A stretch of DNA of 64,000 nucleotides, taken from NCBI GenBank assembly GCA_001643675.2, contig LSRY02000004.1:1302001-1366000 (forward strand), written 5' to 3'. Position 1 is the first letter of the stretch; the number at the start of each line of letters is the position of its first letter. The notes beneath the pieces were generated by a model. It was not told the origin of the DNA, did no database searches, and saw only the letters and a list, made by a program, of their open reading frames with translations. Below, piece after piece: positions 27,801 through 40,300 of the stretch. The DNA is from Monocercomonoides exilis PA203. Taxonomy: Eukaryota > Protista > Preaxostyla. The position numbers were made by a program, and so were the translations under genes.

Positions 27801-30800
27801 TTTTCAAGATTCCAAATCAGCCTTGTCTTATGTGTTTTTATCTGTATCAGCGGGAAAGGTTTCTGTATCATCTTTTGTAGTATTGTCATTGACAATTGGG
27901 AATTGTTCGTTGATTTGCCTTGATGGAAGCAACGTGGATGGCACTTTTACTTCCATGAGCATTGAAGATATTTGCAGGGAGGCAAAGAGTGTTTTGTTTG
28001 GAGTGGCGAATGGAGCATCTTTTTCGATCAAAGACTCAACACTTTCAGTGAAAGCATCTTCACATGCAGTTTTATCGAATAAATCAATTCGAGTTATTTC
28101 CACAAATTCAGCTAAGTTGCTGAAATTGACAAACAACACGATAAGTAGATTTAAAGGAGATGAAGGAAATGGAGGAGCAGTTGAATGCACACTTGGGAGA
28201 GATTGCGCACTGGAAATCGTTGGTGGGATGATGTCTGAGTGCGAGAGCAATGGAGGAAATGGAGGAGGATTGTGGGTTGAGATGAAAGAAGGATCGAGAT
28301 TTGCTGTGGGAAATGTGACTGATTCCTACCAAGTGAATGCAATAACTTCAAACAGAAGTGATTTATTTCAACTTGCGAGTTGCAGGGCAACGCAAACAGC
28401 AGATAGAGAGTGCGGATTCGGAGGAGGGATTTATCTTCATTTGGATGATGGTGCAAATTCATTTGTTTTGAAGGATGTATCATTTTCTGAATGTGATGCC
28501 AGAGAAGGGAAAGAAGTGTTCATAAATGCAAATGAACTTTCAAGTGTGGTAAGCAGAACAAAGATTGGATTTGAAGTTGATTTGAATAATTTTGCAAAGC
28601 TGAATGGATTTGAGAGATCAGCATTGAATGAAGCATTTGCCATTCCGCTGGTGGTGTATCTGTGGGATAACTTTTCTGCGCCAGCGTTTGTTGGAGGAGG
28701 ATTATTGAGCCATGATTTTTCGAAGTGTGGATTTGAAGAGTTTCCGTGCTCATCCATTTCGAAGGCAGTGTCAATCCATTTTGAAGAGCAGAAAAAGGAT
28801 GTTGCTCTTCTTGAGCCATTTTCCTTTGAGGAGGAACTGGGGTTGGCTTCAAATGAATGGAGCATTGCATCCAAAGTGAATGAAATGAAATGTGATGTCT
28901 CTGATCTGATACAAGGAACACAAAGTGGATTGATTGAAAGCTCAGTTAGTGTATCTGTGACTGGTATTGTATTTTATTTGAAGAAATTTCTTTCTTTTCA
29001 CGAAAGCGTGTTTGAAGTTCATTCAGTGAAGCTCATTCTGAATGGATGTGGGATCGAAGGAGGGGCTGAGAGTATTTCTACAGTGTTTGTGAAGGCTGTT
29101 GGAGGGGTTGTGGAGGTGATAAAGTTTGGAACAAAGAATATGAAAATTGGAGATTCATCGTTTTTCATTGTTGAAGGGAGTGGAGAGAGTGTGCCTTTGA
29201 TGAATATGACTCATTGTGATTTTGGAGAAATCACATTTAACGATGGGTGTGTTGTTGAGTGCCACAACGGAAATATCGAGAAGATAACAGGATGCTCATT
29301 TTCATCTGTTACTCGTTCGAAGGGAAGTGGAGGATGCATAGGCGTTACGAACGAGAATGATAATAATGGAAGAGATTACAAAGTGGAAATAAATGACTGC
29401 ACATTCGAAGGGTGTGCTGTTGAAGAAGAGGGAAATGAGATTGGAGGAGGTGCACTCCTTTGTGAGGCATCTTCGAAAACGAATCTCATAATTAATGGAT
29501 GTTCGTTTTATTGTTGCACAGCTCCATATGAAGGGGAAGCAATTGGATATGGGGGAGGAATAATGATGAAGATACTGAGAGAAGAAGAGGTTAATGGACG
29601 GTTTGTGATATCCTCACCTGTTTTTTCATCTGACAAGCAAAACAATGCGAAGTTTGGGAAGGATTTGTTTATTTCATCTACATCGCTTACAAAGAGCGTT
29701 AAGAACGAAACACTGCCATTTGTGAAAGATAGATTGGAGATACTGACAGAAGACTCGATGAGGGGATATGATGGAGAAAACAAGGAATGCGCAATCCCAC
29801 TGATTTATTTCTGGAAATCTATTGAAACGAGTATGCATATTGCAGAGAAAGGATATGATGTTGTTGTGTGTGGGCTGTTTGAGTATCCATGCACTTCTGT
29901 TGATTATGGGATAAATAGGATAGGCAATTCATCAGTTGGACAGGTCACAATTCATGACGTTTGTGATGTGAGGAGCGAAATGAGTGTGAGTGGGATGAGG
30001 CTGGAAGGAACAAATGGCGAAACAGACAAAATCCAATTTGTGAAAGAGATTGAAGGGGATGGGAATGCTGTTGTTGAATGCAAAGGGGTTGTTCACTTCA
30101 GTGAATTGGGGGTTCTGATTCCCAGTGCCTTTGACAATGGAGCAAACATCCTCATCAAGGCAGGTTCAGATGCAATAAAAACGAGTATTTCAGGATGTTC
30201 GATTCATACAAGCGACAATGCTGAGGATGAATTGTCATTTGTTTTGATCAGCGCAGAAAAAGGAATTGTTGAGATTGAAAAAACAGAAATATCTGGATTC
30301 TCAACAATGCATGAGATAATAAGTATATCACCTGATTGTGTGACAGCAATGAACAATGTGACATTTGAAGATATTTCTTTGAGTGGGAAAAGTGCAATTG
30401 CGATGAGAGAAAGTGTGATTTCTGAGAGGGAGAATGATAATGCAGAAGAAGAATGGAATGCTCTATTCGATCACTGTTCATTTGTGAATGTGAAGCACAG
30501 TGCGTCAAACAACCCTTCACTGCTTTTCTGTGATGTGACAAATGAAGTGAGACTGAAAATGGAGAATTCGACAATTGATAGGTGTGGATCGACAAGCTCG
30601 AATGAAGGAGGAGGAGTGTTTTTCCTTCTCAATGAAAGGGGGAGACTGGAAATGAATCGCACAAATGTGACAAACTGTTTCTGTTCGAATACTGGGAGAG
30701 GAGGAGGATTATTTTTGAAATCACAAAGTGTTGCACAGAAGGCGTTGTCTTTTGTGCTGTCGAACATCACATTCAAGGGGAATGTTGCATCGAAAGGGAG

Positions 30801-33800
30801 AGATGTGTTTGTGAAGTGCACTGACCTTGACTCGCAGATAAGTGAATCACAGTTCCTGATAAACTTTGGGGAGCCATTTGCGAAGGAGCTGGCAATATGG
30901 GGATGTTCAGCAGACAATTATGAGGATGAAGAGGATTTGTTGGGAAGAGTGTATGTGTTCAGGAGTGAATTCATATTTGTGTCTTCGATTGCGGAGAACA
31001 GCAGCGACAGCAAGAATTGTGGGGAAATGAAGGGCACATGCTCATCGCTGAATGTTGGGATGAGCCACATTATTCCTTCAGACTATTCACAGCTGTATAT
31101 TTGGAATGAGACAGCTTTGAGAGATTCTTGTTCTGCTCAAAAAGTGACAATCAAATCGATGGAATCTTGGCTGAGCGCAAACATTTCTGTTTGTGGAATG
31201 GATATTGGGAATGAGAGCATTATTTCAACATCAGAATCTGTTCGATTTGAGAGAGTGCAGTTTGTCTTTGATGCGATGCAGAGTGTTGTCTGCTCGTGCC
31301 TGATGCTCCAATTGAATGGATCGCTCTTTCTGGATTCAGTCTCTTTTGTGGCAAATAGTGAGTCATCTGGAAATTCGATTGCCTTTCATGATTTTTCCAT
31401 TCTGATTGTTGAAGACGGTGCTGTTGAGGCAGAGAAGTGTAGCGCATGGGGGTTTGTGCTGTCAAAGCCTGCATTTTGGATACAGAAATCAGAAATCGTT
31501 GTTTTTGAAGATCTGACGGTTCATGAAATGCGTTTCACGGGATCGATGATCGAGTGTGCCCTTATCCAGAAAATAAGTGTTTCAAAGCTTGTGGCATCAA
31601 ACATCACTCTGCAAAGTGGATGTGTGATTTCAACTGATAATAGTCCTTCATTGGCTTTTATTTCGCTTCAACTCTCATCTTTTGAAAATATCAGCAGATC
31701 GACTTCTGGTTCTTGTATTGCAAGTGTGACTCGTTCCACCTCCACATTTGAAATGCGCAACTGCTCATGCAGAAAATGCAAATCAGGAATAAAAAGAGGA
31801 AGCCTAATGTCAGCAATTTCAGTGAAAAATCTGTTGATCAACTCGTGTCTGTTTGAGAAATCTCTATTTGAAAAAATCGATTTGAATAAATTCAGCAGTG
31901 AAATATGCAGATGGAATGGATCTCTTGTGGAGATTGCGAGCAGCACAGCAGCGATGAAAGACACCTCCTTTGCCAACTCGCCTGAGGGAGGCCTGTCTGT
32001 GTGTGGAGGGAGCACAACCATCGAGAAAGGAGAGTTTGCGAACAATAATCCATCAATCGAAGGATACCCATCAGCAAGAAGAAACATTGTGTGTGGAGAT
32101 GCAGGATCGCTGGATGTGTTGAGTTTGAAAGGCGGAGATGGGGTGCTGCCAAACACCTCGATGTGGATCCTGAATGAAGGGTGCACTGTGGGAGGGATGG
32201 CTGAAGAAAGAGAATCTGTTTTCTTTATTCCGCGACTGGATGGTGTGGAGGCTGAAGACGATGGAGGCGAGACAACATTGAAGTTCCACGGATCGCTTCT
32301 CTTGCCGTGCAACCTGTGGTTCCAGATGGCAACCACCGTTGGGTCAGCCTCGTCGATGGCAGCTCACCAGTTCGAGGCAGACGGATTTGCAGGTGAGGGC
32401 GAGGCTGTGGGGGTGCTGCCATCAGGCGCCATCCGCTCGGCTCCAGAAGAGGCAGAAGTGTCTGTGTGCATTCTGTTTGGAAGAATAGACTCTCCTTCAT
32501 CAACCGAATCGTTTGTTCTGAAGAACAGAAGTGAATCTGAAATAAAAGGAGATGGAAGAATTGTTGAGGGAGGAAAAGAAGGGAAATCATCCTCTTCAAC
32601 AGTTATTATAATTGTTTTGGTCGTGATTTTGTTGATTGTTCTTATTGCATCCATTCTTGTAACAATACGATGGAGAAAACAAAAAAGAAGGACAGAAGAG
32701 CTGGAGGTGATTGTGGAAGACACAGTGAAGAAGGACCCAAAAGCATTTGAGATGGTGACGATGGAGATGTCGCCAGAGGAGCAGTGGAGGAAAGCAGAGA
32801 GGGAAGCAGAGAAGAAGAATGAAGAGAGGATAAAGAAGAGAGTATATGCGAAAAGCTTGGGGCATTCCGAGTCATCGGAGCATTTGCTGAGTGAGAGTGG
32901 TTCGACAGAATATATTTTGGGAAGAGACTCAGACAAGATTCCTGAATGGATGCTGGAGAAGGTTGACGAAAAAGAAGAGGAGGAAACAAGAAAGCGAACA
33001 CCATCACCATCCATCTCATCCACTTCAACAACTGATTCAGATTCCACTTTTGTTCGGAGAGAGGATCTGTGCCCCACAACTTCATCCATGTCGAATCTGG
33101 TAGATGCAATGGCCTGCTCATCTCCTCATGAGAAGCTGATTGTAGATTTGAGGGATTCATTGTTCATGCTGCTTCATGGAAGGAATGAGAAAAAAGAGAT
33201 GGCAATTGGCACCTTTCAGGAGAGAGAATATACAGCTGTCCAAATCCTGTTCTGGGTGGCCAATCTTGCGCTCCACTCCTTTGATGAAATGGACAATCCA
33301 CTCTCTTCTCTTGCCAATCTGAGTCCTCACATTGTATTGTTCTCCGAGCACATGGTCATTTGCATTGCGATGCACTCCGACTTCTCTTCTGATGATTCGG
33401 ACTCATCATCCATCTCTTCATCAACTGTTGTGACATCAGCCAGTGATGATAATGACAGCGGTTCTCTGCCCTCATCAGCCTTTGAGGATGAGGACGATTA
33501 CAAAAAAAGAGTGTCTGAGGTGGAAGGCACCCGAGCTGTTGATCAACAAGAAGATGGGGGCAACAAAGGAAACTGTTGCCTTTTCAATTGGAATGATTCT
33601 GTGGGAGTGCTTGACGCTGAAGATCCCGTTTGGAGAGTATGAGGCAGAGGTGGCTGGACAGAAGATTGTGAATGGAGAGAGGCCAAAAATCGAAGCAATC
33701 CAAAAACAAACGCTGAAAGCAATCATAAAAGGATGCATCGCAGGCGAAGCACCAGAGAGATATTCCTTGTCTGCACTGAAGCGCGAATTCATCCAGCTCT

Positions 33801-33919
33801 TTCCGCCAGGAGCTGTGATGCTCACAATATCTGATGCAGTAGATTATGACGAACCATCTGCTCAAGATCAAACGCAATACAGGACTGGCCCAGAAAGCCA
33901 AAGCATTGTCAATCCCTGA
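24877..33919 (+). CDS. Giant single-pass receptor-like protein: Cys-rich beta-helix (Pmp/pectin-lyase-like) ectodomain, TM, TKL-like pseudokinase; frameshifted at 33502-33508 as given
   Basis: Intronless 2921-aa ORF with GG(A/G)I and FxxC/N repeats, five CGxxxxP/xCxS/T modules and TM VIIIVLVVILLIVLIASILVTI (~32602-32670). The remainder (LRWKAPE...FSIGMILWECLTLKIPF) lies in the +1 frame to 33919 and matches the paralog. Confidence 0.85.
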
Positions 33920-36900
33920 ATGGATACATACACATATTCCAGAAAGTTGTGCACTTCTTCTGATATCCTCACAGAATTTGCATCACCAACATGAACTATC
34001 GCAAAGGATGGTGCACGAAGCACGAAGCATGAATTACGAAGGATGTTGAAGGCATTTTATTTCTTGCAAGATTTCCGTTTATCCTCTTTTCGCAATTATG
34101 TATTCTTCTTCTTTTGTTTTTTTTAATATATTTTCATATCACCAGATTTTGTATTTGCCTTTTTCCGAAACACATAGTTCAGCATCGAATGGACTGCAAA
34201 TCTGCAAAATCCCAGATTATTTCTCTTTTTCATTTGCATTCAAAACTTTAAAAATGTTCATCAACTGATGCCGCAATACTGCCAATAGGAAGACGACTGC
34301 AATCATAAGAATAAATAATAAAGCAATATGTTTCATGCTATTACAGTACGCAGCGTCCAATGCAATTGTCTTTCCATCTCCATAAGAATGGCATGATGCA
34401 GAATACAAATCTCCATTGCTGTTCGTTCGCTTGTCTGCTCCTTTGATCTAATTGCTTCAGAATACTCGATAATGCGGTAGTAAGAAAAAAACTTTCGAGA
34501 TGGCCTCTTTGTGGAAGGCATTGCTATGCTTTCTCATCATCGAATTAAAAAAAGCTCAAATCACAAAGGGGCACCAAATAAAGAGAAGCATGACGTAGAA
34601 ATGCTCTGCACGGAAGAAGAAACAAAGTCCATTCTTTTTGCATTCGGCTGCACTTTCGAAACAATGGAGAAAAAAATTACTTGTTTCCATTTTGCATAAA
34701 TGTATCGCAACGCCCACTTCAGAAGCAAATCCATTGCCATTTAATAGATTTTCATGCCCTCACTCAAGAATCTCGAGAATTTCGCTTCCTTTTTCCCCCC
34801 CTCAACTCCACAAATGTTTCCATTAGCAGCTCTTATCCCTCACAATTCCTTCTTCTCCTATTGTCCATTCTTTTGCAAAATCTTCGGTTCTCTCCTATTC
34901 CTGCCACTTTAGCCACAAATAGCCTCGGTAATTCTTCTCTAAAAGACAAGACAAAACAAAACAAAATAAAGGCATCCTCCTTTTTTTGTTTTGTTTTGTT
35001 GACTGAAATGAAAGCAACCTGTCGAAGCATTGGCAAATGTCGAAAAGCCATCATTTGCGTGATAAAGGCACTAATATCTCTAATCCGCTTGGAAATAAAA
35101 AAGATGAAGATGAATCCGGAGCAAGTGACTCCTGGAAAACACCACCAGTAAACTTCGCATTATCTTTGCAAGTTTTTCATAGAAAACTGAAAAAAATAAC
35201 AATTTATACAATTAGAACGCTCAGATGCCAACGAAGATACAGAAAGCGAACCTGTAAATGATGACAATGAATAATTTTTGCTGATGCCCTTGACTTCGTG
35301 GCTTTAATGAAGCAATTCAAAGCAAAAGCTGTGCGCTCGATTGAGCTCTTATCAACGAAAAAGAAGATACCCAACCACGAGGCAGCCGTGGACACGAAAA
35401 AAACAAAGAAATGACATTGCTGGAAAATAGGTAATTCTTGTATATCCCTTGGGTGAATAATGAATTCCAAAATACCTTTCTAAGGCTGAAAATAAGAGAA
35501 AATAAGCTGCACATGGCATAAATGCCGATTCTGTGAACTGATGATGCTTCCCAACAAATTTAGTTCTGAGCACTGCAACAAGCATCTGGAGCAGATTTTG
35601 TTGATAAAACATCACAAATAAAAAGCCAGAACACGAATGGAAAATATGCGCACAAACCTCCTGAGCAAAAAATAATACAGTGACCAACACACACCAAGTC
35701 TTTGAATGGAACGAAAAATAAAAAAGGATAGACAAGAAGAAAATAAAATAAAAAAAAAAATAAAACGATAAAGAAAACGAATAACAACCGCAATAATAAC
35801 AAAAAATACCTTTTCAACAAAAAAATTGTTTGAAGCACGCCAAATGCAGTCAATTATCTTGCAGTGAATTCTGCTGGCACATCAAAGGATAAATAAAAAT
35901 CAAATAATAATTGCAAAGACGCAAAGAGCACGAGTTTTATTATTATCATGCAGATAAATAAATGCCTCCTTTTTTTCTTGATGTTTCTGCCAAAAACTCA
36001 TGCATTACGTTCCGCAAATATTCGTTGAACTTTTGCCCCTGCCAATGCAGATTGCATGAACAACGGATTCAATCCCGGAGCACGGCTGCAATTTTCGAGG
36101 CCTGGGGCTCTTGCCACAAATTGGAACCTCTTCCAGAACATCAAATTCGAAAAAAGAAAGGAAGGAAGGAAGGAAACATCCAATTTCTAATATGATCGCA
36201 AAAAGATGCATTTCGAACATATAGATCCGACACATTTCGTGCATTAGCTGCCTGCAAATTATCCGGCTCCACCATGTTCGTATTATCTTCCTCTGCTTCC
36301 ATCTTCGAAGCCTCCTTGAATTTTTGAGTCGGTCCATTCCGCTCCATCCCTGCCTTAAAGTCGCTCAAATCGCTTTTCAGATTCTGTCCATTCAATAAGA
36401 TCAAAAAAAAAATATGTTGCTGCATTCACGGCCTTGTCTTCTGCAGACACGCTGAGACACATCTCCATCATGGCCCCTGCCTCCCTGTTAAATCTGCTAT
36501 ATTTGCCATATCGCTTTGCTTTCATTTCATAAGTTTGACGTGGTGCTAAAAGTGGTTGCCCAAAAATAACTGCACGAAAAATGATGTTTTCAAGAATATA
36601 CAAGCTCCGTGCAGCCACGCTTCGCACAGCCCCAGCCTGCGCTCTTGCTCAGTAAAAATCAAGCGTTTTCATCTTGTCCCAATTCTTCGCTTCGTGTGCG
36701 TTCAAATCAGTTTGTGCTCTGACTGCTCTTTTGCCTCCTTGCTTCCTCAGCCGGCTGGCAGAGGGCAGCAAACCACGCAAACCTCGTGGGTGCCTGCTGT
36801 GAGACATTGCGTGCGCTCTACTCGCATTGCCAGACCCAGTGCTTCGCAAAAAAAAAGTGTTGAATCACAACAAAGCTATTCAAAATATCACTTGCCAACA

Positions 36901-36982
36901 TTTCTTTTCAATGATGGAGCCTCAAAAAATAAAATCATCAATAGATATTTTTTGTCTTCCATTAAAAAAATACACGCCGATG
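31906..36982 (+). repeat. Left arm of ~5.1 kb inverted repeat
   Basis: ORF-track translations mirror 37361-42433 (coordinate sums 74339/74340). The outer edge is at the CRWNGSLV codons. Confidence 0.95.
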
Positions 36983-37360
36983 CACAAGTCCAAAAACTTA
37001 TTTGTTGTAATCAGAATATTAACATATTTTTTGTTAAATATTTTAATTCAAAATGTTATTCTTTTGGAAATTTTTAAAAACACCATTAATATGAAATTCT
37101 CAATTTAGCATTGCTCTTTGAGGTTCTTGGCTTTAATAAAGGGGAAAGGATTTGACTTTTTTTTTTGAATGTTCAAACTTAAAAAACCAAAAAGTTTCAG
37201 CATAATTTTAATCACAAAATGCTTGAGAATATTTGAAAACTATCATCAAATGAAAGATATTCATTCGAACTTAAATAATTATTTGAAATATCAGAAAAGC
37301 AAAATCACAAAAACAATTTGCTCATATTTTGTTTCAAATTTGACTCATGTTCCATTCATT

Positions 37361-40300
37361 CATCAGCGTGTATTCTTATGGAAGACAAAAAATATCTTCC
37401 GATGATTTTATTTTTTGAGGCTCCATCATTGAAAAGAAATGTTGGCAAGTGATATTTTGAATAGCTTTGTTGTGATTCAACACTTTTTTTTTGCGAAGCA
37501 CTGGGTCTGGCAATGCGAGTAGAGCGCACGCAATGTCTCACAGCAGGCACCCACGAGGTTTGCGTGGTTTGCTGCCCTCTGCCAGCCGGCTGAGGAAGCA
37601 AGGAGGCAAAAGAGCAGTCAGAGCACAAACTGATTTGAACGCACACGAAGCGAAGAATTGGGACAAGATGAAAACGCTTGATTTTTACTGAGCAAGAGCG
37701 CAGGCTGGGGCTGTGCGAAGCGTGGCTGCACGGAGCTTGTATATTCTTGAAAACATCATTTTTCGTGCAGTTATTTTTGGGCAACCACTTTTAGCACCAC
37801 GTCAAACTTATGAAATGAAAGCAAAGCGATATGGCAAATATAGCAGATTTAACAGGGAGGCAGGGGCCATGATGGAGATGTGTCTCAGCGTGTCTGCAGA
37901 AGACAAGGCCGTGAATGCAGCAACATATTTTTTTTTTGATCTTATTGAATGGACAGAATCTGAAAAGCGATTTGAGCGACTTTAAGGCAGGGATGGAGCG
38001 GAATGGACCGACTCAAAAATTCAAGGAGGCTTCGAAGATGGAAGCAGAGGAAGATAATACGAACATGGTGGAGCCGGATAATTTGCAGGCAGCTAATGCA
38101 CGAAATGTGTCGGATCTATATGTTCGAAATGCATCTTTTTGCGATCATATTAGAAATTGGATGTTTCCTTCCTTCCTTCCTTTCTTTTTTCGAATTTGAT
38201 GTTCTGGAAGAGGTTCCAATTTGTGGCAAGAGCCCCAGGCCTCGAAAATTGCAGCCGTGCTCCGGGATTGAATCCGTTGTTCATGCAATCTGCATTGGCA
38301 GGGGCAAAAGTTCAACGAATATTTGCGGAACGTAATGCATGAGTTTTTGGCAGAAACATCAAGAAAAAAAGGAGGCATTTATTTATCTGCATGATAATAA
38401 TAAAACTCGTGCTCTTTGCGTCTTTGCAATTATTATTTGATTTTTATTTATCCTTTGATGTGCCAGCAGAATTCACTGCAAGATAATTGACTGCATTTGG
38501 CGTGCTTCAAACAATTTTTTTGTTGAAAAGGTATTTTTTGTTATTATTGCGGTTGTTATTCGTTTTCTTTATCGTTTTATTTTTTTTTTTATTTTATTTT
38601 CTTCTTGTCTATCCTTTTTTATTTTTCGTTCCATTCAAAGACTTGGTGTGTGTTGGTCACTGTATTATTTTTTGCTCAGGAGGTTTGTGCGCATATTTTC
38701 CATTCGTGTTCTGGCTTTTTATTTGTGATGTTTTATCAACAAAATCTGCTCCAGATGCTTGTTGCAGTGCTCAGAACTAAATTTGTTGGGAAGCATCATC
38801 AGTTCACAGAATCGGCATTTATGCCATGTGCAGCTTATTTTCTCTTATTTTCAGCCTTAGAAAGGTATTTTGGAATTCATTATTCACCCAAGGGATATAC
38901 AAGAATTACCTATTTTCCAGCAATGTCATTTCTTTGTTTTTTTCGTGTCCACGGCTGCCTCGTGGTTGGGTATCTTCTTTTTCGTTGATAAGAGCTCAAT
39001 CGAGCGCACAGCTTTTGCTTTGAATTGCTTCATTAAAGCCACGAAGTCAAGGGCATCAGCAAAAATTATTCATTGTCATCATTTACAGGTTCGCTTTCTG
39101 TATCTTCGTTGGCATCTGAGCGTTCTAATTGTATAAATTGTTATTTTTTTCAGTTTTCTATGAAAAACTTGCAAAGATAATGCGAAGTTTACTGGTGGTG
39201 TTTTCCAGGAGTCACTTGCTCCGGATTCATCTTCATCTTTTTTATTTCCAAGCGGATTAGAGATATTAGTGCCTTTATCACGCAAATGATGGCTTTTCGA
39301 CATTTGCCAATGCTTCGACAGGTTGCTTTCATTTCAGTCAACAAAACAAAACAAAAAAAGGAGGATGCCTTTATTTTGTTTTGTTTTGTCTTGTCTTTTA
39401 GAGAAGAATTACCGAGGCTATTTGTGGCTAAAGTGGCAGGAATAGGAGAGAACCGAAGATTTTGCAAAAGAATGGACAATAGGAGAAGAAGGAATTGTGA
39501 GGGATAAGAGCTGCTAATGGAAACATTTGTGGAGTTGAGGGGGGGAAAAAGGAAGCGAAATTCTCGAGATTCTTGAGTGAGGGCATGAAAATCTATTAAA
39601 TGGCAATGGATTTGCTTCTGAAGTGGGCGTTGCGATACATTTATGCAAAATGGAAACAAGTAATTTTTTTCTCCATTGTTTCGAAAGTGCAGCCGAATGC
39701 AAAAAGAATGGACTTTGTTTCTTCTTCCGTGCAGAGCATTTCTACGTCATGCTTCTCTTTATTTGGTGCCCCTTTGTGATTTGAGCTTTTTTTAATTCGA
39801 TGATGAGAAAGCATAGCAATGCCTTCCACAAAGAGGCCATCTCGAAAGTTTTTTTCTTACTACCGCATTATCGAGTATTCTGAAGCAATTAGATCAAAGG
39901 AGCAGACAAGCGAACGAACAGCAATGGAGATTTGTATTCTGCATCATGCCATTCTTATGGAGATGGAAAGACAATTGCATTGGACGCTGCGTACTGTAAT
40001 AGCATGAAACATATTGCTTTATTATTTATTCTTATGATTGCAGTCGTCTTCCTATTGGCAGTATTGCGGCATCAGTTGATGAACATTTTTAAAGTTTTGA
40101 ATGCAAATGAAAAAGAGAAATAATCTGGGATTTTGCAGATTTGCAGTCCATTCGATGCTGAACTATGTGTTTCGGAAAAAGGCAAATACAAAATCTGGTG
40201 ATATGAAAATATATTAAAAAAAACAAAAGAAGAAGAATACATAATTGCGAAAAGAGGATAAACGGAAATCTTGCAAGAAATAAAATGCCTTCAACATCCT

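Noticed and set aside
37689-37691. Selenocysteine or readthrough at the in-frame TGA
   Set aside because: No selenoprotein context or recognisable SECIS, and the surrounding region has many other lesions.
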